Below are positions 37,782-49,378 of a DNA stretch of 64,000 nt, one piece after another. How positions within the stretch are numbered: position 1 is the first letter of the stretch; each line of letters opens with the position of its first letter. Source of the DNA: Lama guanicoe (Eukaryota); assembly GCA_013239625.1 (NCBI GenBank), contig MU053629.1:344676-408675 (forward strand), in the 5' to 3' direction. Both the position numbers and the translations under genes were made by a program. The notes under the pieces are model-generated. The model made no database searches. It saw only the letters and a list, made by a program, of their open reading frames with translations, and was not told the DNA's origin.

Positions 37782-39013
37782 CATAAAACAAGATACAGTA
37801 AACCTCCTAGAAGAAAATATAGGCAAAACACGATCTGACATACATCTCAAAAATGTTCTCCTGGAACAGTCTACTCAAGCAGTAGAAATAAAAGCAAGAA
37901 TAAACAAATGGGACCTAATGAAAATTACAAGCTTCTGCACAGCAAAGAAAACCATAAGTAAAACAAAAGGACAGCTTATGGAATGGGAGAAAATTTTTGC
38001 AAATGAAACCAACAAAGGCTTGATCTCCAGAATATATAAGCAGCTCATACGACTTAATAAGAAAAATCAAACGACCCAATCCAAAAATGGGCAAAAGACC
38101 TAAACAAGCAATTCTCCAAGGAAGACATACAAATGATCAATAGGCACATGAAAAAAATGCTCAATATCACTAATTATCAGAGAAATGCAAATCAAAACTA
38201 CAGCGAGGTATCACCTCATACCAGTCAGAATGGCCATCATTCAAAAATCCACAAATGACGAATGCTGGAGAGGCTGTGGAGAAACGGGAACCCTCCTACG
38301 CTGCTGGTGGGAATGCAGTTTGGTGCAGCCACTGTGGAAAACAGTATGGAGATTCCTCAAAAGACAAGGAATAGCCTTACTGTATGACCCAGGAATCCCG
38401 CTCCTAGGCATATATCCAGAAGGAACCCTACTTCAGGATGACACCTGCACCCCAATGTTCATAGTAGCACTATTTACAATAGCCAAGACATGGAAACAGC
38501 CTAAATGTCCATCAACAGATGACTGGATAAAGAAGAAGTGGTATATTTATACAATGGAATACTATTCAGCCATAAAAACTGATAACATAATGCCATTTGC
38601 AGCAACATGGATGCTCCTGGAGAATGTCATTCTAAGTGAAGTAAGCCAGAAAGAGAAAGAAAAATACCATTTGAGATCGCTCATATGTGGAATCTGAAAA
38701 ACAAACAAACAAAGCATAAATACAAAACAGAAATAGACTCATAGACATAAAATACAAACTTGTGGTTGCCAAAGGGGCCGAGGGTGGGAAGGGATAGACA
38801 GGATTTCGAAATTGTAGAATAGATAAACAAGATTATACTGTATGGCACAGGGAAATATATACAAGATCTTATGGTAGCTAACAGAGGAAAAAAATGTGAC
38901 AATGAGTGTGTATATGTCTACGTATAATTGAAAAATTGTGCTCTACGCTGGAATTTGACACAACATAGTAAATGGTTATAAATCAATAAAAAATGTTGGG
39001 AAAAAAAAAAAAA
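37782..39013 (+). mobile_element. Relatively young 5'-truncated L1 with polyA tail and 15-bp TSD
   Basis: TSD AGAAATGGGCTTGAA (37767-37781) / AGAAACGGGCTTGAA (39014-39028); ORF2 homology ([52 protein letters not shown]); AATAAA at 38985; A-tail. Confidence 0.97.
38185..38697 (+). pseudogene. L1 ORF2p C-terminal cysteine-rich region, 170 uninterrupted codons (fragment)
   Basis: ORF-track translation matches the L1 ORF2 C-terminus; the upstream part (37782-38184) is frameshifted and the endonuclease and RT domains are absent. Confidence 0.9.
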
Positions 39014-41129
39014 AGAAACGGGCTTGAAGGCCATAGGAAGCTGCTGGTGTCACAAGTTCCTGGAGAGGAGGGTTGCTTTCTGGCGTCTGCCTCAATGACC
39101 TGCATATGTAAGGAACAGAGCTCGCCACTTACAAATTCTAAACCATTGGAGCACCGTCCTGATCTTAATACAGTATCTTCCTGAGGGCAAGAAGGGGAAA
39201 GCATCCTTTTCCATAAAGCTTGCTGTGTTCCAGGGGGAAGCCTGACTTCTTTGTTTCTGGACAGCTCCAGGAGCTACTCAGCTCCCTCAGGTCTACTTCC
39301 CGACAGATGGGCCCCCACCAGGGCTTTTTGAGGTTCCTCGCTGATACAACTTTGTTTCCTTCTGATTTTTTACATTAGGCCCCCAGTCGAAGAACAGAGA
39401 CACCAATCAGCTTTATAAACCTGGGAGATTCAAAACACTGACACGCTTTATAGCAGATGTGCTTGAAAGCTGCGTGGCTCAGAATTTGATCCATTCATAG
39501 TCAAGTTGTATGTAGGCCAGGAAGTACTCTGCCAACTAGTTGAATTGCATGTAAAAAAAAGTTAAATGCTTTAAAAGATACTGAAGTTTGAGTTGAATGA
39601 ATATTTCCAATAGAATTTCGTATCACTTTGGATGATAATGGTTAACCAGTCCTGACTTTAAAAATTAGTTGAGTGTGTGTTATTCAGTCGTTCAGAAAGC
39701 ATCCTTTGAGCATTCCCACGTGTGGGATGCTCTCCTTGGTGTTTTCTGAGCACAGAAAGGGGGTGTGAAGTGCTATCTCGTTTGTTGGGGAGGTTGACAC
39801 TCACACCTATACGTGTATCTGCATAAGAAGGAAAACGGCTTAAGGTTATATATGAAACTTAGAATGAGTGTTATTTACTATTAGAGATTTTAAAAAATGC
39901 GTGATCACAGTGGTCAGGGAGGGTTTTAAGGACTCATTCTTAGTGTCAGACTTGCTTGTCCAGCGGTTGGCTTTCTCAGAGTCCCAGCATCGCCTCTGTC
40001 GGAGGTGAATCACCTGAGATGATTGTTTAAAGTACAGATGTGCAGGGTAGAGGTGAGACCCCAAAATGTGAATCTTTAGAACCTCCCCACTCCCCCAATG
40101 TACACACTAATGAGGGCGTAACTTCAGGTTGTTTCTTGTCTGGAACACCGAAAGCAGTTAGTTGCTGTTAATTTAAAATCGCAGTTTTTACTGTATTACA
40201 GTAATTGTCTTCTCTGCAGTTATCTGAGCAGTAGGTCATTTACTCCACAGCTTTTCAGAGCATGAGGGCCAGAGTTAGGAGGAGCCTGGAAGTCTCCAAA
40301 TTGAAGGTACCAGGAGTTCCTTTTCTTGGGGGTTGTCATCCTCCAGCCATTGTCCACCCGTTGGTCCTAATGCTGTCCCCTGGCACCGCAGCAGCAATGT
40401 AGAAATGCCTTCCACAGGGAAGTCCTCCTGCTCCATTCCCATCCTCGGGCCTTCTTTTTATACAGGCTAGATGTCGTCCCTCTTACTCAGCCCCTCTTCA
40501 ACAACTCCCTGGGTGTGGTTTCTGGATTTTTTACCTTCTTGGTTCCATCCTTTGTCTGCTGGTTCTCAGTCCTGGCTGAGATACCAGTTCTCAGCCCAGC
40601 TGTTAGAAACTTATAAGCTGGCAGTGCTTGGAACCTCTCCCAGAGATTGATTTAGAGGGTCTAGCGTGGAGTGTGGCCCCTGGTCTTTAAAACCAACGTG
40701 GAATAACCACCCAATCGGTCAGACAAGCCCATAGACGGCTGCCTTGAAGGCCCCCCGTGCGATCAGCCCAGTGCAGAGCAGGGTGGGGCTGGCTTCTCCT
40801 GGGAGGAGGAGGTTGTCCTGATGGGACCTCAAAATCACAGTAGCTCTTAGAAGGTCATCCGGAGAGTGTGTCTCCATGTCACCAGCGCCCAGCCCCTGCG
40901 TCTGACCTATAATAAATACTCTGCAGATGTATATGAATGGATGGTCCCTGAAACCACACATCTTCTCCACATGAGCTGCCAGCAAGAATCAGATACCCCC
41001 CCATCTATACTGATGAAATCCACTTTTCAGATATCAAATTCAGGGCTTTAATGGACTCTGCTTTCACTTGGTAATGTTCCCTCTCTGCCACAGCTGACCT
41101 AGATGTCAATTGTAATGAGATGTGGTCTG

Positions 41130-41368
41130 AGGAGCAGAGTGGTTAGAAGCCAAGATTTAGAGCCCTCCCACCCGGATTAGAATCCTGGTTCTCCTGGCAT
41201 AGGTTGCTGTGACACCCTGGATAAGTTCTGAACTATCCGTGCCTCCCTTTCCTCATCTGTCAGATGGGGATAAGGACAGTTAAAGGCCTCGGTGGGTGGT
41301 GGTGGGATTCACTGAGATCATGCACTTAAGGCACTTAGCACGAGGCCTGGCAGAGGAAGTGCTCACTG
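41130..41368 (+). mobile_element. MIR SINE
   Basis: AGTGGTTAGAAGC...GAATCCTGGTTCT...GTGCCTCCCTTTCCTCATCTGTCAGATGGGGATAA...AAGGCACTTAGCACGAGGCCTGGCA. Confidence 0.85.
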
Positions 41369-43246
41369 ATGACTTCTCTTAAGCGTCCAGAAGGTAGTGA
41401 CAGGATGGTTGTGGGCAGCGAATTCTGTGAGCATCCGGCAGTCCCCTACCAGTGGCCATGGATTGGGCTTCTCTTCTGGGAGGCAGCTGGAGTTGTGAGT
41501 GGCTGTAGGAAGGGTGGGAAGCTAAGTGGTGAGGCCTCAGACAGGCCTGCTCCTGTCTTTTTTGAGTGAGGTCTGCAGGGGTGGAAGGAGTGGAGTCTGA
41601 GGCTGGCAGCAGATGGCGGAGAGCTGTCCTCGCACAGCCACAGCAGCTGCCTGGGTCTCCTCCAGCTGCATAACTGGCTTCCTCCTGGGGACTATTCGGT
41701 GAGTCTCAAGTCTGACTGCTTTCTACGCTCACCTGGGAGCTTTTAAGCCACGCCAGTGCCCAGCATCCACCTACACCTCTGCCCCGCCCTGCCCAAGACC
41801 AGTTTCGTCTGAAACATCATTGCTGCAACCCAAGCATCCTTATTTTTCTTAAAAGAGCCCGAGGTGATTTTCATGTGCAGCCAGGTATCCTCTATGCTGT
41901 CAGCTCTCAGCCGGGGATGTGTGTCCACCAAGCAGCCTGGTCAGCCCCACCACTCAGGTGGCCCCTCGGTCTCACCTCGCGGTGGAGGTACAGTGGCATC
42001 GACTTCCGTGGTATCCAGTCATGAAACAAACCCTTCTTGGGATCCCAGAGGCTGGGTGGATTTTTCTAAGAGAGGGTTGGATTTCACAAGGGATGTCTCC
42101 CAAGAGGACTGTAAAGGGCTGGCGTGCAGTTGCCTCCATTCATCAGTCCTGTGGTTGAGGGAGTAAATCTTCTTGCCTTGGCATTCGGCTCCCACCATGG
42201 ATAGGACAGCATATCCGTGCTTTGTTGTGTAAGCTGTGTGAAAACTTTCACATAGGATGTGCCCTTCTTGGGTTCAATTAAACCTCATGAATGTGCTGCA
42301 CTGGGGTTGGAGTCTCAGCCTCCCTGCTTTCTTTCTATAGGACCTGCTTGGTGTGAAGCTTTTGCCTCATTGATTTTAGCCATAGTTCCTGCAGTTAACT
42401 TGCCATCCCTGTTTTGGGGAGAACCACTCATTGCCCCACGTGTAATAAGTCATTGTAAAGAGCCTTCAGCCCAGAGCTGTGTTACAACTGTCGGAAGGCT
42501 TTAAAACCACTAGGTTTTTGTGTCTGTCCGGAATTTCCCTCTCAGCTTACCAGGTGAGGGTGGGGAGACTTGGTTGTGGGGATTGCCTTTCTGCAGTGCA
42601 TGGGACGCCTGGAACATGACCCAGCCAGATGCACTTGCGTGGAAGGGTTGGTCCTGGGACCCTGCCTGGCCGAGGCCTAGAGAGCCCCTTGGTGTGGTGT
42701 TTGACAAGTGACTCCTGCTGTCACCTGCATACTTTTTCCAGGCCTTTCTGTGGGGCTGCCAAGTGCCTGTATCACAGCTTAAAGCAAGGGAAAGGTACAG
42801 CCTGCACCATTTCACCTTTCTTCTCCCCCAATCTGTTGTTACCATTTTAGCAAACACTTACTAGGCCCAGGACCCTGGAAGATGCAGAGGAACAAAGCCA
42901 TTGCTGCCCTCCTGGGGCCTCTGGCTCTGTCTGGAGCTGGGTAGGTCCCTCAGTGCCTGGGCTCTGACTGGGAGGGGAGGCGGGCAGGGTCCGGGAGAGT
43001 CTGGGGGCACCCACTTTGGGCAGGGATTGGCATGAAAGAAAAGGGAATGTGGACAAGAGCCTTTCAGGCCCTGATATATTCATTTTGGACTGCCTGGTAA
43101 GTTCTTTCTATGATAATGGGGACTGAGCCTCTAAGGTGGAAATCTGTCTAAACTCGCTCTTAACTTGTTGGTGTCACTGGACAGGGGCCCTGGGAGCAAG
43201 CTGGATTTGCAGTCCTGTCTTCTCTGGTTTCCAGTTGGTCTGCAGC

Positions 43247-43247
<1 letters not shown>

Positions 43248-43278
<31 letters not shown>
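43248..43278. repeat. (TG)15 microsatellite
   Basis: Perfect dinucleotide run read directly. Confidence 0.97.
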
Positions 43279-43281
<3 letters not shown>

Positions 43282-44281
43282 AATTCCCTCAGCAAACATT
43301 TTTCTGGGAGGCCTTGCCTTGTGGTGAGTGCTGGGAACAAGAGCTGACCGCAGCGCCAGCTCTCCAGGGGCTGGGATTCCAAAGCCTGCTGGCCCGAGTG
43401 TGGTCGGGGAGCATCTGGGTCAGAGGCACCTTGTTGCTTTGTAAATAGCCAATTCTTCTGCCCCATCCCCGAGCTGCTAAATCTGCATTTTTAACAAGCC
43501 TCTCAAACATCACTTCTATATTCCAAGCCTACCGCAGTTTGAAAAGCTTAGTTCTGGAGGGGTTGCCCCGAGTTGGGTGAGAAATAATGGGAACCTGGGT
43601 TAATGGTGGCAGAGGGGCTAGAGAGGGGAGACAAGGGGCTGGTTCAGAGGGTCTTCATGAGGCAGAGCCAGTGGAACCAGTGAGGGAGAGGAGGTGTGGA
43701 GCGGGACCCGAGGCTGTTGGCTTGGGTGCTCCTGGGCTTCTGTGGGCGTGTCGGTATCAGTGATGGGAGGGCAGGGTTCCGAGCACCTTGGTCTTGAGGA
43801 ATATGCACGTTAGCCTGCTGTTGTCCACAGGTGTTAGGAATTATGGGTCTGAAGAGCAGGGCTGGGTTAGTGTGTGTCTCCTAGAAACTTGGTGGGTGGG
43901 ACAATTTGTGATTCCTGCTCAGATTTGTGGCTGGGGGTGTAGAACAGGTCAGTCCATGTGATGTTCTCTTGCTTTCATCCTGCTTGGCCAAGCTTCTTAT
44001 ATCTTGGCCTTGCTGTAGCCCCTGTTCTGAGATACCCTTGACTTCCTGAGTGATTTGAGGTGAGCCCCCCGAATGGGGCTTGGGGGTGGAGGGAAGAGGC
44101 AGCAGAGGTGAAAAGTCAGGGTGAGAGATTGGTGGGACTTGGCCATTGCCAGGTTGGAGATGGGTGGGCACCCAGCCCTACTCCTTCTGCAGCAGGCCCA
44201 GCCTCCCAGGTGTCCCAGAGTACCTGCCCCCTGCTCACACTGAGCCCACTGCTGCCAATCTTACTTTGATTTCACTTAACC

Positions 44282-44471
44282 TAGTGTTTCTCAGCCTTGG
44301 CACAATTGAAATTTTGAGCTGATTAATTCTGTTTCGGGGCAGAGAGCATTGTAGGATGTTTAGCAGCATCCATGGTCTCAAGCTCCCTAGATGCTAGGCG
44401 CACCCTCTCCCTCAGTTTTGACAACCAAAATATCTCAGCCTTGTCAAATGTCACCCTAGTTGAGAACCATC
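44282..44471 (-). mobile_element. MER20 element
   Basis: GTTTCTCAGCCTTGGCAC...GCATTGTAGGATGTTTAGCAGCATCC...GACAACCAAAA...GTCAAATGTC...GTTGAGAACCA. Confidence 0.9.
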
Positions 44472-45460
44472 AACTTACCCAACGTTGAGTCCTTTCCCCA
44501 TCTGGAGCACTAGGGTGGAGCTGTGGACACACCCAGCCGGGAAGCCGGAAGTTAGGGGGCAGGGACAGTGTCAGTGAGGCAGATCTCAGAATTCCTTCCG
44601 GGAGGGGGGTAATGGCTTGGAGTCCTGGTTCAGTGGGTGTGGTCTGTCTGCGGGTGTTCCCTTCGATGGCTCCCTCCTGGAGTCGGATTCACAGCCCTGT
44701 GTTGCTGTGGAGCTTGGGTTTTCTCTGCTGCCACCTAGGCCACCTTTCCAAAGAGCAGCCTTCCTGCTACACTTCCACAGGGCAAGTCTTGCCTTCTTTC
44801 TATGTTCTTTCTCTTTCCACTTCTCTTTGGTTATGTAGCCAGGTTACGAGTCTGCAGCAAACCTTTGGAGGGGCTCTTTCCCAGCAGAAAGCCACCCTTG
44901 CTGCTCCCTTGAGCACAGCCTTCATGTACCTCAAAGACCCTCTGCCTCCTTTGGCTGCCCCGCTTTGTCCCCCAGGTCGTGGTCGGAGAGAAGTCTCTCT
45001 GACCTGTAGGGCGGGTCGCCCATCCTTTTGAGATCCACAGACCCTCCTTTGCCACTGGACAAGGCCATTGGGATCCAGATCCCTGGTGAGCCTGGCCCTG
45101 CCTCCATGCCCACCCCTGGCAGGCCACTCTCCTGCCCTCTGGACTGGCCAGTGGATGTGTAAATTGTATTTCAGCTTTGGGACCTCTTCCTTGGGCAGTC
45201 TCCCTGACTCCCCTTCTCACAGCACTATCACAGTTGCCTTTCAGTCAATGTCAGAATTGCCTCCAAGCTCCTTGAAGATTGTTTCTAGGGCTGGGCCTGG
45301 TGCCAACTACTTGGAAGGCATCATTGCATCCTTGGGAGATGACTGACGTATGTGTTATCCCCTCACTGCCACGCGAGCTTGGCTCTCAGAAGAGAAGATC
45401 TCGAGGGCTCGCAAGTGGTTGCAGCATCAGGACTCTCAGGCTCCTTTTCTTGGATGTTCA

Positions 45461-45526
45461 TCCCCTCCTCTTCCTTTCCCTCCCCTCCTTTCCCTCTCCT
45501 CTCCTTCCTCCCCTCTCCTCCCCTCC
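45461..45526. repeat. 66-nt pure polypyrimidine tract
   Basis: Only C and T from 45461 to 45526. Confidence 0.9.
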
Positions 45527-47193
45527 GTCCCATTCTGATGGTCTCCGGTTTCCTCAGTCCCCTTTTCACAGCCTGCTCCCAACAAAGGATGGGAGATTCA
45601 TTACTGGTTAGAAGACAAAAAATGTTTCGTAATTTACAGTGTTACCTTTCCTTGGTAAATTTGCATGTTTACAGAGAATTTCAGGAATTAGGTGGAGGAG
45701 CAGATGGGAGGGGGATGGAGGGAAGAGGCAGTCGCATTGGCCGAGACATCTCACCTGCAACTTGAGTGGAGTTAATGGCTCGGGGAAGGTTTACCACCAG
45801 ACATACTTTTTGTTTGTTTGTCTACATGGATGCACAGACATCGCCTTCTTCATTTGGCTTCTGTGGATTGTGTTTAATGTAGATGTAAGGTTTGTGTCTC
45901 TAGGATTTATTTTAAGAGCAGTAGGAGCAGGGTTGTAAACTTAGTTCAAGAAAGACAGCAGAGAAGATGACCTGCCTTGATCACTGGCCATTTCAAGGGC
46001 GGTTTCATCCCCACCTGCTGCATCCAGAGTGCGCTGCTTAAGTTTGGTTCTCCATATACACAGCAGAATCTCTGTAGATGGTTTCCCACTACTGAAGGTG
46101 CTTCTGAGAAGAGAAGAAGCATTTTAAAATAGTTATTTATGCTCTTTTCTCAAAAAAAAAAAGATGGCATGTGAAGTTGGCAGGTACCTCTGGGAAAGGC
46201 ATTTGTTTATTGATGAATGTGCCTGGTGTCATATGTCCTGTGTTAAGTTGCAAGTATGGGTATCCGGAGAGTGCCCCTATGTCCTGCAGGTGAGGTTATA
46301 ATGTGTCCCTTACATTATTTGTAATATGCATTTAGTATGCATTGACTCCTGAGCCTGGCTGATCTTCCACAATCACCAAGGGGAGCTTTGACAATGCAGA
46401 CTTAAACCAACCTGGACTCACCATATCAGAGCCTCTCGGGGTGGGACCTGGGACCCTATTTTTAAGTCTCCCAGGGGAGACTTGTTAACACTGGTACTGG
46501 AACAGGTCGTACATTTTAAAAGTTTACCAGGCCCCCTGCCTTTGTTGCTCTGGCCCGGGGATCAAGGGGAGTCCCGGACATCCCTGCTGCAGGTATGGTG
46601 ATAGTGATGGCACTGTTTTAGGAAGGTGGTGGAGAAGATGCCTCCATTAGCCGCAAGCTGAGGGGAGGGCTCTGTAGGCATGCTAGTCACACCTGGAATA
46701 TCTGATGTGGCTGTACTGGGAAGCCAGGAGAGCGAACAGATTAAAACCTTTGAAAACATCCAAACCCTTCATTTGAGTTGCTTTAAAATCCAAAGTCTTC
46801 TATCTTATAAGAAGTACCTGTGTTATAGTCATGCACAGCCCAGTCTGCGTTGTGGTTTCCAGTAAGCCTGGCTTCATTAAGAATAGTTCCCTGCCTCTCC
46901 CTTGTCTAGACTTACCGTGATTGTCCATGTATAGTTACTTTCATTTTTGGCTGCCAGGTTTATAGTTCACAGGGAAGTTAATTCTGGTCAGTGTAGATAA
47001 ATACCAGTGACTTTCACAGAAGCTTAAGAAAGGAAGTAGCTTGGAAGTTTTCTTGAGGCACTCCAACAGCTGGGGTTAGTTCTGGGAGTAGAAGCTGTCT
47101 CTTGGTAAGGTGCACAGGGTGATTTGGCCATTTTTATTTCAATTGTGAATTCTAAAACCTGGGGCACACCAATATCAGAAATACCAGACACAA

Positions 47194-47944
47194 CAGGGAA
47201 CCTTCCTACCCTGTTGGTGGGACTGTAGTTTGGTGCAGCCGTTATGGAAAACAGTATGGAGATTCCTTAAAAAATTAAAAACAGACTTACCATATGATCC
47301 AGCAATCCCACTCCTGGCCATATATCTGGAGGAAACTCTGATTCAAAAAGACACAAGCACCCAGTGTTCATAGTAGCACTATTTACAGTAGCCAAGACAT
47401 GGAAGCAACCTAAATGTTCATCAACAGATGACTGGATAAAGAAGTTGTGGTATATTCATACAATGGGATACTACTCGGCCATAAGAAAGAAATAATAATG
47501 CCATTTGCAGCAACATGGATGGACCTGGAGAATGTCATTCTAAGTGAAGTGAGCCAGAAAGAGAAAGAGAAATACCATATGATATCACTTACATGTGGAT
47601 CTAAAAAAAAAATACACAATGAACTCACTTACAAAACAGAAACAGACTCACAAACATAGAAAACAGTCCGATGGTTACCAGGGGGAAAGAGGATAGGAAG
47701 GGATAAATTGGGAGTTCGAGATTTGCAGATAGTAACTACTACATATAAAATAAGTTTCTACTGTAGAGCACAGGGAACTATATTTAATGTCTTGTAATAA
47801 CCTATAATGGAAAGGAGTATGAAAAGGAATACATGTATTAAATTACATGTATGGCTGAAACATGCTGTACACCAGAAACTGGTGCAACATTGTAAATTAA
47901 CTATACTTCAATTTGAAGAAAAAAAAAAAGAAAATAAAATAAAG
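47194..47944 (+). mobile_element. 5'-truncated L1 with perfect 16-bp TSD
   Basis: GAAATACCAGACACAA at 47178-47193 and 47945-47960; ORF2 end ([26 protein letters not shown]), 3' UTR and A-rich tail. Confidence 0.97.
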
Positions 47945-49221
47945 GAAATACCAGACACAATCTAAAAGCAAGCATAACTCATTGCTGGAGTATCTGTATC
48001 TTGGTTCAGCTTTCTTGGCAAAGATGATTCAAGACAATAATTCTGGTCTTTTCCCAGGGAGGAGTTTATCACTTCATCCTAGAAGTGACTTACCTAAGAT
48101 CACTGGGTAGGATTTCTACATAATTTGATAGGCATGCAGAAATTTCCTGAAACCTGGTCCCAACTGAAAAAGGTTTTGGGTTTTGTGATAATTCTAACTT
48201 AGTGATACTCTAAAAAGCTGATTTACTCTGGTCCCTGAGGTGTTTTTTTTTTTTTTGAATATATAAAAGAGTACAGGTGTTAAAAAAAAAAAAGAAATAT
48301 TAGGTGTCAGTCAATAGTGTTGACCTAGTCTGAATACTCAGACTTCTAGCAGAAGCAATGATTGATGCTATTAGTGTTTCCAAGGGAGACAATTCCACTA
48401 CGGTTGAATTGACTTTGGGGAATATACCCTGGTCTGGAAAGCTGAACAACTATTTTGTCTCTGAAGTAGAGAGCAACTTTGTGTGAGTTTGAAAACAGTA
48501 TGCCCGTTTTATTGGGTCATTCATGGTTCAATTTAAAACATAGAAAAAACTAGCAAGACCACCTCTACAACTGCCATTTGCTGTCCAAGCTCTCCCTGCT
48601 CTTGGAATGCTGACCCCACTTAGGACTATAGCTTTTAATTTCTTCCCTTGACTTTTGTCTTCTAGATAGCTCTTCATCTGGATTACTTAGGGGTGAAGCA
48701 GTTTGTGTTGGGGAACTTAGCACTTGCGTGAGTTAATGATTTCCATGCACATTTTGGGGCACAAGTGAATTTGCTTTTTCTGCAGGAGCTCAGATGTATG
48801 TTGGGGAGAACCCATCCCACTGTTTGAGACTCAAGTCAACGGAGCTAATAAGTATTCATGGAGTTTTAAACCCATGTAGATTATGAACATAGTATAAAAC
48901 ATAGCTCAATACTTATAATCAAGCTGCGAGATGTGTTAAACAGAGGGAGCAATTTCAGAGTAATGAAGGAGCATGAATAATTCAGGTAAGTTGCTCGGGA
49001 CAGTTACTGAGTGATAATCAGTTTTAGCCAGTGGAGCGCTCAGCTTGGTCTGGAAGTCTCGAAGGCTTCCTGGGAGAGATGGGAAAGGCGATAAAGCAAG
49101 GGGGGAACGTTTCGTTTTTTAACTCTTCCCGAGATGGTGGTAATTTGGATTATCAGCGCAAGGGAGGAGCTGAGAGACTGGATACCTTGCTCTGGATTCC
49201 TGTTGAGAAATAACAACCTTA

Positions 49222-49378
49222 GGGTGGGGTATAGCTAAGTGGTAGAGTGTGCGCTTAGCATGCCCAAGGTCCTGGGTTCAATCCCCAGTACTTCTGTTAA
49301 AATAAATGAATAAATAAACAAACCTAATTACCTCCCCTCCCCAAAACAAGACAAACAAAACAAAATAAAAATAAAAAA
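49222..49378 (+). mobile_element. tRNA-Ala(AGC)-derived SINE (camelid Vic-1-like)
   Basis: Head GGGGTATAGCTAAGTGGTAGAGTGTGCGCTTAGCATGCCCAAGGTCCTGGGTTCAATCCCCAGTAC resembles tRNA-Ala-AGC (A box 49232-49242, B box 49275-49285); followed by AAT-rich linker, CCTAATTACCTCCCC and A-rich tail. Confidence 0.88.

Noticed and set aside
49222..49295. Functional tRNA-Ala gene
   Set aside because: Stem-disrupting substitutions, no oligo-T terminator directly downstream, and a SINE body with A-rich tail.
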